Assembly (NCBI GenBank): GCA_002383485.1
Contig: DFYY01000013.1
Coordinates: 40,270-104,269, forward strand
DNA length: 64,000 nucleotides
Source of the DNA: Bacteroidales bacterium UBA4070
GTDB lineage: Bacteria; Bacteroidota; Bacteroidia; Bacteroidales; VadinHA17
Reading direction: 5' to 3'
Of the stretch, positions 1-9,967 are shown piece by piece (within the stretch, counting starts at the first letter, position 1; each line of letters opens with the position of its first letter). The position numbers and the translations under genes were made by a program. The notes beneath the pieces are model-generated. The model ran no database searches and was not told the origin of the DNA. It saw only the letters and a list, made by a program, of their open reading frames with translations.

Positions 1-850
1 TAAAAAAGTCATAGCTGAAGGCTACAGGCAGGCCGAAATCGATCTCCATCAGCCCGAATGTCTCGTTATAGTAAGTGCCCGGGGTTGTACTCTGGCTGTA
101 CTGTCTCCATGGTCTGTACCCGGGAGAGACTGAGGTTTCGGTCACACCTCCGGTTGTCTCAATGGTTACCATGTTGCCAATGAGGATATTCACATAGGGA
201 TCGAAGGAGAAGAATGCCTTATCCCTTGCAAATGAAGGGGTCTCAAAATACCTTGAATGCCTGGTTTGGAGATAAAACTGGCTCCCTCCGGCAAAAAGGC
301 CGCCGACAGACACCTTTGAATAGAGTATCCTCCAGTCAAGACCCAGGGTGGCATCGGCATAGGTGAAGTTGCTGAAGAGCGTGTCCCTGAGCGACGCCGC
401 AACATTGTAATGTGAAAGCCCTGTGCTGATGTCGAACCATGAATTGAAGGCGTGGCTGAAACTGAGCCCGAGACTGTAAAAGGCGGTGAAAGGGGTGAAA
501 TTGCCTACAGTGTAACCGGTGGCGGTGAGATAGAGTTTATCCCTGAAACCGTAGGAAGCGGATGCATAACCGAAACCGTTGTCCTGTGACATGGTGGTAC
601 CCAGGTAGAGCATGTTGTTTCCGTAGCCGGTGCCTGCGTAAAACGAATGTAAGGAGCTTTTCCCTGCGGAGGCACTTGAATCGGCATATGTTGCGGATGC
701 TGTTGCATCAGGAGAAGCGACTGTGGCTACCTGTGCGGTAAGTGAGTCATATGCCTGAGCTGAAGCAGGTTGTGCATTGATGCCGGGCAGTGCTGACTGC
801 AGCATCATAATGCACCCGGCTGCACAGGCACGAATCAAATTTCTTTCCAT
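1..850 (-). CDS. Hypothetical outer-membrane beta-barrel-like protein, 3' end runs off the window (missing from the ORF track)
   Basis: Manual translation from ATG at 850: MERNLIRACAAGCIMMLQSALPGINAQP...SLHSFYAGTGYGNNMLYLG...YSLGLSFSHAFNSWFDISTGLSHY...LGLDWRILYSKVSVGG...FGLMEIDFGLPVAFSYDFF. No stop before base 1. Signal-peptide-like N-terminus and alternating aromatic/Gly beta-strand pattern. Confidence 0.7.
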   Translation of the reverse strand, partial: MERNLIRACAAGCIMMLQSALPGINAQPASAQAYDSLTAQVATVASPDATASATYADSSASAGKSSLHSFYAGTGYGNNMLYLGTTMSQDNGFGYASASYGFRDKLYLTATGYTVGNFTPFTAFYSLGLSFSHAFNSWFDISTGLSHYNVAASLRDTLFSNFTYADATLGLDWRILYSKVSVGGLFAGGSQFYLQTRHSRYFETPSFARDKAFFSFDPYVNILIGNMVTIETTGGVTETSVSPGYRPWRQYSQSTTPGTYYNETFGLMEIDFGLPVAFSYDFF

Positions 851-871
851 AGTTTGTGAATATGCTGTCTG

Positions 872-1348
872 TTATCTTTTACCCGGGCCTCTTGCGCCAC
901 CGGGTTTTCCGGCACCCTTGGGAATCCTTGAGCCTGATGGTCTTTCAACGGAAGCAGGACGGGCTCCCCGTGCCTTGCTCCAGTCAGGTCTTGCACCCTG
1001 TATCTTCTTGACACTTGCAGCGTTTGAACCCTGTGCCTGAGCACCGGCAGTCCGGGTATTGTCAGCCTGAGACTGTTGGCCAGCCTGATTCTGTGCCTGG
1101 GTTCCGGTCTGATTGCCCTGTGCATCCTGGTTCTGAGACTGGTTTCCCTGCCCATCCTGGTTCTGTGTCTGGTTACGGTTCTGCTCCGCTGCCTGGCCTT
1201 CACTCCGGACCTGCTCCTGCTGCTGCTCCTTCTGCTGAAGTTTGACCTTCGTGGTATCAGCTACGACAGGATTCTGCTGTGCAACAGCCAGACCTGATGA
1301 GATAAGCATCGAGAATGCAATCGTGATAATATTCTTTGTAATTTTCAT
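872..1348 (-). CDS. Secreted Gln/Asn-rich low-complexity protein with basic Gly/Arg/Pro tail
   Basis: ORF 872..1381; likely start MKITKNII at 1348. Signal peptide ends AVA-QQN; NQTQNQDGQG/NQSQNQDAQG repeats; upstream TAATTTTG box (1432-1439, minus strand). Confidence 0.7.
   Translation of the reverse strand: MKITKNIITIAFSMLISSGLAVAQQNPVVADTTKVKLQQKEQQQEQVRSEGQAAEQNRNQTQNQDGQGNQSQNQDAQGNQTGTQAQNQAGQQSQADNTRTAGAQAQGSNAASVKKIQGARPDWSKARGARPASVERPSGSRIPKGAGKPGGARGPGKR
1116..1175. repeat. Two tandem 30-nt in-frame coding repeats
   Basis: CCCTGTGCATCCTGGTTCTGAGACTGGTTT / CCCTGCCCATCCTGGTTCTGTGTCTGGTTA. Confidence 0.85.
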
Positions 1349-1493
1349 GATCAATCTTTTATCAAATTCCGTTATGTTCACAACCGAAAGGGCAACTTAC
1401 CTGATTTGCAATTTATTGAACTGATACACAGCAAAATTATGCATTCAAAAATGAAGAAAGGATGAAAGAATAAAATTTTCTTAAAAAAAATAG

Positions 1494-1531
1494 AAGTGTA
1501 TATATTACATTTAAAATATTGTTTAACTTGC
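1494..1531 (+). promoter_or_regulatory. Candidate AraR operator plus -7 promoter box of the ara operon
   Basis: AAGTGTA-TATAT-TACATTT at 1494-1512 (13/14 to the AAGTGTA-N5-TACACTT palindrome); TAACTTGC at 1524-1531 resembles the Bacteroidota TAnnTTTG box. Confidence 0.7.
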
Positions 1532-1669
1532 ATACTTGTAAAGAGGCGAGAAACCCTTTGCTGAGACCGGAAGGAGTAGAATTGCTGAGGAAAGGCGACA
1601 GCGGCGGGCAGGATAAATTCAGAAAAGCATACCTTATTATTTATAACTTAACCTAACAACGAAAGAATC

Positions 1670-3325
1670 ATGTTACTACTTGACTGGATCGTACTGGGGG
1701 CTTTTGTCCTCGCGTTGGTGGCGTTTATCGTGGTTTCAATGCGCACGAAGGACAAAACCTCCACTGATTACTTTCTTGCCGGACGTGACGCCACGTGGAT
1801 TGCCATCGGTGCGTCGATCTTTGCATCCAACATCGGATCGGAGCACCTGGTAGGCCTTGCCGGTGCGGGAGCCTCCTCGGGTATGGCAATGGCCCACTGG
1901 GAGATGCATGGCTGGCTTATACTTCTTCTTGGCTGGCTCTTTGTGCCCTTTTACGCACGCAGCGGTGTGTTCACAATGCCGGAATTCCTCGAGAGAAGGT
2001 ATAATAAGGCGTCGAGATCAGTATTGTCGATCATTTCACTGGTCAGTTACGTCCTTACCAAGGTAGCGGTAACGGTTTATGCCGGAGGTGTTGTATTCAA
2101 GGATGTTTTCGGGATAGAATCAATCTGGGGTATTGACTTCTTCTGGATCAGTGCCATCGGACTTGTTGTAATTACCGGTATTTACACCACCCTGGGAGGG
2201 ATGAAGGCGATTCTCTGGACCTCTGTCTTACAGGCTCCGGTGTTGCTTGCCGGTTCTATTGCGGTTCTTATTGCCGGTCTTATCAAGGTTGGCGGATGGG
2301 ACGAGCTCATGCATATCTGCCGTGCTGTTCCCGTTAACGAATACGGTGACACAATGACTCAGCTCATACGTTCGCCCAAGGATGCCCAGTTCCCGTGGAC
2401 AGGTGTTCTTCTAGGATCTGCAATTATAGGATTCTGGTACTGGTGTACTGACCAGTATATTGTTCAGCGTGTGCTTTCGGGGCGCGATCAGACACAGGCC
2501 CGCCGCGGTGCCATCTTTGGTGGTGCTCTTAAGCTGACCCCTGTTTTCATTTTCCTTATCCCGGGCATGATTGCCTACGCTCTCAATCAGCAGGGTGTAA
2601 TTCACCTGACCAGTTCAGACTCGGCGTTCTCAACCCTGGTCAAGGAGCTTCTCCCCATGGGATTCAAGGGGCTCGTAGTGGGCGGTATTCTGGCTGCCCT
2701 CATGAGTTCTCTTGCATCACTGTTCAATTCATCTGCAACGCTCTTCACAATTGACTTCTATCAGAAGTACAGGCCGAATGCCCCTGAGGCACAGCTTGTG
2801 AAGGTGGGAAGAATAGCTACCGTGGTGGTGGTAGTTCTTGGCATACTCTGGATACCTGTCATGAAGGGTATCGGAAAGGTGCTTTATGCCTACCTGCAGG
2901 ATGTTCAGTCGCTGCTTGCACCCGGTATTGCAGCTGCATTCCTTCTCGGCATTCTCTCGAAGAAGACTACGCCTGCTGCCGGTCTTACAGGTCTGCTTAC
3001 CGGTTTCATAATCGGCATGCTTCGCCTTGGATTTACAATATTCAAGGGCTCGCTTGATCCTGACGGCACCATTTACCAGGTCTTCGTCAGCACCAACTGG
3101 CTGCATTATGAGATCATCAACTTCGCCATTGTGATAGTAACTATGATAGTTGTAAGTTATTTCACTCCGAAGATGGATGAGCGAAAGATAATCGGGCTCA
3201 CTCTCGGTTCGGCCACCCCTGAACAGAAAGCTCTTACACGTGCCAGCTGGAACAAATGGGATGTGATATCGTCTGCAGCGATCATAGCTGTCATAATAGT
3301 CTTCTACGCCTATTTCTGGAATTAA
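1670..3325 (+). CDS. Sodium:solute symporter (SSS family), probable L-arabinose transporter
   Basis: Motifs YFLAGR, SIFASNIGSEHLVGLAG, TMPEFLERRY, DQYIVQRVL, LAALMSSL; many TM segments; first gene of the ara operon. Confidence 0.9.
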   Translation: MLLLDWIVLGAFVLALVAFIVVSMRTKDKTSTDYFLAGRDATWIAIGASIFASNIGSEHLVGLAGAGASSGMAMAHWEMHGWLILLLGWLFVPFYARSGVFTMPEFLERRYNKASRSVLSIISLVSYVLTKVAVTVYAGGVVFKDVFGIESIWGIDFFWISAIGLVVITGIYTTLGGMKAILWTSVLQAPVLLAGSIAVLIAGLIKVGGWDELMHICRAVPVNEYGDTMTQLIRSPKDAQFPWTGVLLGSAIIGFWYWCTDQYIVQRVLSGRDQTQARRGAIFGGALKLTPVFIFLIPGMIAYALNQQGVIHLTSSDSAFSTLVKELLPMGFKGLVVGGILAALMSSLASLFNSSATLFTIDFYQKYRPNAPEAQLVKVGRIATVVVVVLGILWIPVMKGIGKVLYAYLQDVQSLLAPGIAAAFLLGILSKKTTPAAGLTGLLTGFIIGMLRLGFTIFKGSLDPDGTIYQVFVSTNWLHYEIINFAIVIVTMIVVSYFTPKMDERKIIGLTLGSATPEQKALTRASWNKWDVISSAAIIAVIIVFYAYFWN

Positions 3326-3356
3326 CAGGTTTTACTTATTTGATATTAAATACGAA

Positions 3357-4844
3357 ATGAAAAAGGAAAGTATTGAACTTTGGTTCATCACGGGAAGTCA
3401 GCATCTTTACGGAGAGGAAACACTGAAGCAGGTTGCTGCCGATTCAAAGGCTATTGCAGCGGCTCTTGACAAATCGGAGCTTATTCCGGTCAAGGTAGTG
3501 TTCAAGCCGGTATTGACAACTGCCGATGCAATTACAGCAATCTGCAGGGAAGCAAACAATACTCCGGCATGTGCCGGAATGATAGCCTGGATGCACACCT
3601 TCTCGCCTGCAAAAATGTGGATATCGGGTCTTAAGAGGCTTACCAAACCACTGTTGCATTTCCATACTCAGTTTAACCGTGATATCCCATGGAATGAGAT
3701 TGATATGGATTTCATGAATCTGAACCAGTCGGCCCACGGGGACCGTGAGTTCGGATACATTTGTTCGCGTCTCAGGATGGAGCGCAAGGTGGTTGTCGGC
3801 CATTGGCAGGACAAAGAGGTACTCCGTTCAATAGGAGTATGGTCACGCGCTGCCATGGGGGTACAGGAAGGGCTTAACCTCAGGGTTGCACGTTTCGGTG
3901 ACAACATGAGGGATGTTGCAGTGACGGAAGGCAACAAGGTCTCGGCACAGATCAGTCTTGATTATGAGGTTCAGGGTTATGGCATCGGAGACCTGGTTGA
4001 TGCAATCAATAAGGTAACAGACAAGCAGATATCAACGCTCATCAAGGAGTACGGCGATGACTATAAGGCTCCGGCAAAAGTCCTGGCATCTCCCGCGGTA
4101 AAGGAAGCGGCACGTATTGAAATTGGTATGAGGGCATTTCTTGAAGATGGCGGATTCAAGGCATTTACCACCAATTTTCAGGATCTTCACGGGCTGGTTC
4201 AGCTTCCCGGGCTGGCAGTGCAGAGGCTCATGGCTGACGGTTACGGTTTCGGAGCTGAAGGCGACTGGAAGACTGCTGCGCTGGTACGCATCATGAAAGT
4301 GATGGCTGAAGGGCTGAAGGGTGGCACCTCGTTCATGGAAGATTACACATATCATCTTGATCCTAAGAATATGGCCATCCTCGGGGCCCACATGCTTGAA
4401 GTTTGTCCCTCAATTGCTTCGGGCAGGCCTGCACTGGAGGTGCATCCGCTGGGTATTGGTGGCAAGGATGACCCGGCCAGGCTGGTCTTCAGGACAGGAC
4501 TGGGTGAGGCTCTCGCTGCTTCCATGGTTGAGATGGGAGACCGCTTCAGGCTTATCGTAAGTACGATGAAAGTGGTTGAGTGTCCGGCAATGCCGAAGCT
4601 TCCCGTGGCAAGCGTTCTATGGAAGCCTTACCCGGATCTCAAGACCGCAGCAACTGCATGGATATATGCGGGCGGAGCACACCATACAAGTTTCAGCCAG
4701 GCCCTCACGGCCGAACATATGGCTGATTTCGCTGAGATGACGGGGACGGAGTACGTGTTGATTGATGGAAACTGTGAAATCGGACAATTCAGGAAGGAAC
4801 TGAGGTGGAATGACCTGTACTACACACTGAACAAGGGCCTATGA
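3357..4844 (+). CDS. araA: L-arabinose isomerase
   Basis: WFITGSQHLYG, WMHTFSPAKMW, MNLNQSAHGDREFG, GFGAEGDWK, FMEDYTY, GAHMLEV, GGAHHT motifs. Confidence 0.97.
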   Translation: MKKESIELWFITGSQHLYGEETLKQVAADSKAIAAALDKSELIPVKVVFKPVLTTADAITAICREANNTPACAGMIAWMHTFSPAKMWISGLKRLTKPLLHFHTQFNRDIPWNEIDMDFMNLNQSAHGDREFGYICSRLRMERKVVVGHWQDKEVLRSIGVWSRAAMGVQEGLNLRVARFGDNMRDVAVTEGNKVSAQISLDYEVQGYGIGDLVDAINKVTDKQISTLIKEYGDDYKAPAKVLASPAVKEAARIEIGMRAFLEDGGFKAFTTNFQDLHGLVQLPGLAVQRLMADGYGFGAEGDWKTAALVRIMKVMAEGLKGGTSFMEDYTYHLDPKNMAILGAHMLEVCPSIASGRPALEVHPLGIGGKDDPARLVFRTGLGEALAASMVEMGDRFRLIVSTMKVVECPAMPKLPVASVLWKPYPDLKTAATAWIYAGGAHHTSFSQALTAEHMADFAEMTGTEYVLIDGNCEIGQFRKELRWNDLYYTLNKGL

Positions 4845-5545
4845 CACACATTTATTCAAAGTACCCGAAGCATTATCTTGCAGTTGACTGCATCATCTTC
4901 GGTTATGACATTGCCGAGAAGGAACTCAAGCTTCTCCTTATCAAGAGAAGCTTTGAGCCTGCTCTCGGTCAGTGGTCGCTTGCAGGTGGATTTGTCCAGG
5001 AGAACGAAAGCCTTGACGATGCTGCCTGCCGGGTACTCTGCACGCTGACAGGTCTCTCGGACCTTTATATGGAACAGCTCTATACCTACGGTGAAGTAAA
5101 CCGTGATCCTGGTGCAAGGGTTATCTCCACAGCCTATTTCGCCCTCATCGGGATTCATGAACTCGATCCTGAGATCCGCAGGAAGAACGGCGCCCACTGG
5201 CGCTCCATATCAAACCTCCCTGACCTGATCTTTGACCACAGGGTTATGGTTGACAGGGCACTGAAGGAGCTGGTGGAGAAGGTGAAGGTTTACCCGGTGG
5301 GTTTTGAACTCCTTCCCGAGAAGTTCACCCTGGTCCAACTGCAGAATCTGTATGAGGCTATTTACCTCAGGCAGGTTGATAAGCGAAACTTCAGGAAGAA
5401 GATCCTTTCTATGGAGCTTCTTGACAAGCAGGATGAAAAAGAGAGGGAGACCTCAAAGAAGGGGGCCTGGTACTACAGGTTCAACCTTGAGAAATACAAG
5501 GAGCTTGCCAGGAACGGGTTCTTCTTTAACCTGACTGTCAGTTGA
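4841..5545 (+). CDS. araR: NrtR-family (Nudix + winged-helix) transcriptional repressor, AraR-like
   Basis: LAVDCIIFGYD, WSLAGGFV, degenerate Nudix box (RVLCTLTG lacks catalytic Glu), RDPGARVIS, LIFDH, DKRNFRKKIL; ATGA overlap with araA; embedded in ara genes. Confidence 0.88.
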   Translation: MTHIYSKYPKHYLAVDCIIFGYDIAEKELKLLLIKRSFEPALGQWSLAGGFVQENESLDDAACRVLCTLTGLSDLYMEQLYTYGEVNRDPGARVISTAYFALIGIHELDPEIRRKNGAHWRSISNLPDLIFDHRVMVDRALKELVEKVKVYPVGFELLPEKFTLVQLQNLYEAIYLRQVDKRNFRKKILSMELLDKQDEKERETSKKGAWYYRFNLEKYKELARNGFFFNLTVS

Positions 5546-5587
5546 GGTAGCAATCGGCCCGGCAAACAGAATCAAACAATAACTATC

Positions 5588-6280
5588 ATGCTTGAACAGC
5601 TAAAGGAAGACGTTTTCAGAGCCAATCTCGATCTTGTCAGGCATGGCCTGATTATTATGACCTGGGGCAATGTAAGCGGTATAGACCGTGCATCAGGACT
5701 AATGGTCATCAAGCCTTCGGGTGTGGCTTATGATGAGATGACAGCCTCTGATATGGTTGTGACAGACCTTGATGGCCATGTGGTTGAAGGGGCGCTCAAT
5801 CCCTCCACCGATGCTCCCACACACCTGGCTCTGTATAAGGCATTCCCGATGATAGGAGGGGTGGTGCACACCCACTCCACCCATGCCACGGCATGGGCAC
5901 AGGCGTGCAGGGATATCCCCTGCCTGGGTACAACGCATGCGGATTACTTCTATGGACCTGTACCTGTTACCAGGAAGTTGACGAAGGAGGAGACTGAGAA
6001 TGATTATGAGTATAACACGGGTCTTGTCATTGCCGGGGCACTTGAGGGGAGAGATCCCATGACCATGCCGGCAGTTCTGGTGGCCTCGCACGGCCCGTTT
6101 GCATGGGGATACACACCTGCCGGGGCCGTTCACAACGCAGTTATACTGGAAGAGGTGGCAAGGATGGCATTGCTCTCAGCAAGCCTGGCTGAGACGAGGG
6201 AGATAGAGAGGCATCTGCTTGACAGGCATTACCTGCGCAAGCATGGCAGCAATGCCTATTACGGTCAGAAAAAGAAATAA
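5588..6280 (+). CDS. araD: L-ribulose-5-phosphate 4-epimerase
   Basis: [49 protein letters not shown] motifs. Confidence 0.96.
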   Translation: MLEQLKEDVFRANLDLVRHGLIIMTWGNVSGIDRASGLMVIKPSGVAYDEMTASDMVVTDLDGHVVEGALNPSTDAPTHLALYKAFPMIGGVVHTHSTHATAWAQACRDIPCLGTTHADYFYGPVPVTRKLTKEETENDYEYNTGLVIAGALEGRDPMTMPAVLVASHGPFAWGYTPAGAVHNAVILEEVARMALLSASLAETREIERHLLDRHYLRKHGSNAYYGQKKK

Positions 6281-6293
6281 TCAAAAGAGAAAC

Positions 6294-7961
6294 ATGCATA
6301 AGTATACTATTGGAGTTGATTTTGGAACCCTGTCGGGAAGAGCGGTAATTGTTGACACAACTACCGGTGAAGAGGTGGCAGTAGCCGTCCATGAGTACAG
6401 GCACGGGGTGATGGATGAGAAGCTTCCGGACGGGACTCCGCTCGGAGTTGACTGGGCGCTGCAGCATCCTCAGGATTACCTGGATGTGTTCAGAGTGACA
6501 ATACCTCAGGTCATGAAGATGGCGATGGTGACACCTGAACAGGTGGCGGGTGTCGGGATTGACTTTACTGCCTGCACGGTGTTGCCTGTAAGGACTGACG
6601 GCACACCGCTCTGTTTCCTGGATGAATTTAAGAACAGGCCCAACGCATGGATAAAGCTTTGGAAGCACCATGCGGCACAGGATGAGGCTAACAGGCTCAA
6701 TTCAATCGCTGAGGAGCGGGGCGAGAAGTTCCTCAAGCGCTACGGAGGCAAGATCTCTTCCGAGTGGATGATACCCAAGATATGGCAGACGGTCAATGAA
6801 GACCCGGAGGTCTACGATGCCGCTGACCGTTTCATCGAGGCAGCCGACTGGGTGGTCTGGCAACTGACCGGCATTGAGACCCGCAATACATGCACGGCAG
6901 GATACAAGGCCATCTGGCACAAGCATGAAGGCTATCCTTCGAACGAATTCTTCAGGGCACTCCATCCCAAAATGGAAAAGCTTGTCGACGAAAAGTTATC
7001 GCGTACCCTTCTGCCCGTTGGCACCAGGGCGGGAGCCGTTACTGCGGCAGCGGCAAGGCTGACCGGATTGAAGGAAGGAACAGCCGTCGCCGTGGCAAAT
7101 GTTGACGCGCATGTCTCAATTCCTGCTGTGGGAATAACCACTCCCGGCAAGATGCTGGCAATCATTGGTACCTCCACCTGCCATATGCTGCTTGGTGATA
7201 TTGAAAAAGAAGTGCCGGGAATGTGCGGTGTCGTGGAGGATGGAATCATTGAAGGATTTTTCGGATATGAAGCCGGACAGAGCTGCGTGGGTGACCATTT
7301 TCAGTGGTTTGTTGAGAACTGCACTCCGGCGGAGTACAGGGCTGAGGCAGACGCAAGGGGCGTTGATCTTCACGCCCTGCTTACGGAAAAGGCTGCTTTG
7401 CTGAAGCCGGGAGAGAGCGGGCTTATGGCCCTCGACTGGTGGAACGGCAACAGGTCGGTACTTGTTGATGTAGACCTGACAGGAATGATTGCAGGGATGA
7501 CCCTCGTTACAAAACCTGAGGAAATATACCGTGCACTGATTGAGGCTACAGCCTTCGGCACGAGGATGATCATCGAAACTTTCGAGGAAAACGGCGTTCC
7601 CGTCAGGGAGTTCTATGCTGCCGGCGGTATCGCCGAGAAGAATCCCTTCGTGATGCAGATCTACGCTGATGTCATAAACAGGGAGGTAAAGATTTCCGGT
7701 TCACCCCAGGCTCCGGCGCTGGGCTCGGCAATGTTCGGTGCCCTGGCAGCAGGAAAGGCGAACGGCGGCTTTGACTCCATAAAGGAGGCAGCAGCAGTGA
7801 TGGCCAAGGTTAAGGACCAGACCTACAGGCCGGTGGCAGAGAATGCGGCTGTATATGACAGGCTGTTCGCTGAGTACCGGTTACTGCACGACTACTTTGG
7901 CCGCGGTGCCAATGACGTCATGAAGAGGCTCAAGACAATCAGGAAAGAGGTAAAAGGCTGA
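6294..7961 (+). CDS. araB: L-ribulokinase (FGGY family)
   Basis: Likely start [16 protein letters not shown] at 6294; [38 protein letters not shown] motifs. Confidence 0.93.
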   Translation: MHKYTIGVDFGTLSGRAVIVDTTTGEEVAVAVHEYRHGVMDEKLPDGTPLGVDWALQHPQDYLDVFRVTIPQVMKMAMVTPEQVAGVGIDFTACTVLPVRTDGTPLCFLDEFKNRPNAWIKLWKHHAAQDEANRLNSIAEERGEKFLKRYGGKISSEWMIPKIWQTVNEDPEVYDAADRFIEAADWVVWQLTGIETRNTCTAGYKAIWHKHEGYPSNEFFRALHPKMEKLVDEKLSRTLLPVGTRAGAVTAAAARLTGLKEGTAVAVANVDAHVSIPAVGITTPGKMLAIIGTSTCHMLLGDIEKEVPGMCGVVEDGIIEGFFGYEAGQSCVGDHFQWFVENCTPAEYRAEADARGVDLHALLTEKAALLKPGESGLMALDWWNGNRSVLVDVDLTGMIAGMTLVTKPEEIYRALIEATAFGTRMIIETFEENGVPVREFYAAGGIAEKNPFVMQIYADVINREVKISGSPQAPALGSAMFGALAAGKANGGFDSIKEAAAVMAKVKDQTYRPVAENAAVYDRLFAEYRLLHDYFGRGANDVMKRLKTIRKEVKG

Positions 7962-9961
7962 TGAAGTCCAACAACAGGATAACCCCGGCATCGATGCTGC
8001 CGGCACTGCTTGTCTGCGCCCTGGCATTCATTATATCATCATGCGGCAACGGCACCACCGGACCGGTGAAGGAGCAGACAGGCTGGCTGGAGTCACCCGC
8101 ATTGCAGGCAGTCACAGTGAATGACAGCTTCTGGAAGCCGCTCATTGAAAGGAACAGGACAGTAACTATCCCCTATGTCTTCGGCAAATGTGAGGAGACA
8201 GGACGTATTGATAACTTCGCCGTCGCAGGCGGGTTGAAAAAGGGAAAGCACACCGGTGAGCGGTATAATGACTCTGATGTGTTCAAGATCATCGAAGGGG
8301 CGTGCTGGTCGCTCCTTGAGACGCCGGACCCTGAGCTCCGCCATTACGTTGACAGCCTGGTGATGCTGATAGCCGCAGCCCAGGAGGATGATGGTTACCT
8401 GTATACCACCCGTACAATTGACCCGGTGAACTTGGCGCCGGGGGCAGGAAGGGAACGGTGGATTGATGAGCGCGTCAGCCATGAGCTCTACAATGTTGGG
8501 CATATGTATGAAGCTGCCGTTGCGCACTATCTGGCCACGGGATCAAATATATTCCTGAACGTAGCACTGAAAAACGCGGAGCTTATAGGCTCAGAGTTTG
8601 GATGGGGTCTCCGGGAGATTGCCCCGGGCCATCAGGAGATAGAGATAGGCCTGATAAAGCTCTATGAACTGACAGGCAACAGCCAGTGGATGGAACTGGC
8701 ACGTTTCTTTATCGATGTAAGGGGAAAGCAGGAGGAGTATCTGAGGCACCCTGCCGGTTCCCGCTTTGAGGTTTACAATGATTCTCTCTACCTTCAGATG
8801 CACCTCCCGGTGCTTGAACAGAAGGAAGCGGTGGGGCATGCCGTCAGAGGGGCATACTTGTATACCGCAATGGCCGATCTCTCAAGAGTTACCGGAGACA
8901 ACAGCTATCTTGAGGCTTCAATGACAATCTGGAATGATGTTGCAGGCAGGAAGATCTATATCACAGGAGGCATCGGCTCGAAAGAGCACGGCGAAGCCTT
9001 TGGGGAACCTTACGAGCTGCCCAATATGACCGCCTATACAGAAACCTGCGCCTCTGTAGCCAATGTTTTCTGGAATCACCGGCTCTACCTCGCCACAGGC
9101 GAAGCAAAGTATCTCGACGTGCTCGAACGAACCCTCTACAACGGGCTGATATCTGGCATAGGGCACGACGGCTGCAGTTTCTATTATACCAACCCTCTTG
9201 AGTCCGACGGGCACTACGAGCGCGCAGGATGGTTCGACTGCTCATGCTGCCCCGGAAACGTGGCGCGATTCATGCCGGCATTGAAACAGTATATCTGGTC
9301 AGAGACGGCCGCGGGGATAAACCTGAACCTGTTCATCGGCTCAACGGCAAAGCTAAGGACACCTGCCGGTGAGGCTGACTTCAGCCTTGAGACTGATTAC
9401 CCATGGGATGGCAATGTAAGGGTTACGGTCAACCCTGCCACAGAAGGCAGCAGCTTCGTCTTCGGAATCAGGATCCCGGCATGGACCGGCAGCGCTCCTT
9501 TTGCCGGAAACCTTTACAGGTATGTCACTCCGGCATCCGGCAAGGTTGCAATACGGGTCAATGGCAGGAAGGTTAAGGCTCAGATTGTAAACGGATTGGC
9601 ACTGCTTGACCGGGATTGGAAGAGGGGTGATGTAGTTGATATATCACTGCCGATGGAACCACGGTTCATCAGGGCCCGCGATGAGGTGACGGCTGACAGC
9701 GGAAGGGTGGCGCTCGGTGTGGGACCAGTTGTATATTGCCTGGAGGAGGTTGATAACGGCCCGGTGCGAGAGGTTACAGTGGACCCTTCAGTCAGGCCGC
9801 AGTTCACATTTGAAAAAGGATTGCTTGAAAATGTCGGTACCCTGAAATTCGCAGTTACCGATCCGTCGGGAGTCCTGAAGGATGCAAAGGCAGTCCCTTA
9901 TTACTCCTGGGCCAACAGGGGCAGGGGTGAAATGACAGTCTGGATTAAATCAAAACAATAA
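7961..9961 (+). CDS. GH127 beta-L-arabinofuranosidase-like lipoprotein
   Basis: Lipobox IISSC; DSDVFKIIEGA, HELYNVGH, PGHQEIE, AVGHAVR, YTETCAS and Cys motif WFDCSCCPGN typical of HypBA1-like cysteine glycosidases. Confidence 0.9.
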   Translation: MKSNNRITPASMLPALLVCALAFIISSCGNGTTGPVKEQTGWLESPALQAVTVNDSFWKPLIERNRTVTIPYVFGKCEETGRIDNFAVAGGLKKGKHTGERYNDSDVFKIIEGACWSLLETPDPELRHYVDSLVMLIAAAQEDDGYLYTTRTIDPVNLAPGAGRERWIDERVSHELYNVGHMYEAAVAHYLATGSNIFLNVALKNAELIGSEFGWGLREIAPGHQEIEIGLIKLYELTGNSQWMELARFFIDVRGKQEEYLRHPAGSRFEVYNDSLYLQMHLPVLEQKEAVGHAVRGAYLYTAMADLSRVTGDNSYLEASMTIWNDVAGRKIYITGGIGSKEHGEAFGEPYELPNMTAYTETCASVANVFWNHRLYLATGEAKYLDVLERTLYNGLISGIGHDGCSFYYTNPLESDGHYERAGWFDCSCCPGNVARFMPALKQYIWSETAAGINLNLFIGSTAKLRTPAGEADFSLETDYPWDGNVRVTVNPATEGSSFVFGIRIPAWTGSAPFAGNLYRYVTPASGKVAIRVNGRKVKAQIVNGLALLDRDWKRGDVVDISLPMEPRFIRARDEVTADSGRVALGVGPVVYCLEEVDNGPVREVTVDPSVRPQFTFEKGLLENVGTLKFAVTDPSGVLKDAKAVPYYSWANRGRGEMTVWIKSKQ

Positions 9962-9967
9962 AAGAGC

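Noticed and set aside
6219-6293. Longer araB start
   Set aside because: It overlaps araD; the conserved IGVDFGT motif follows ATG 6294. The same reasoning applies to the longer starts for susC (14376), GH43 (19460), galM (25558) and pcm (49953).
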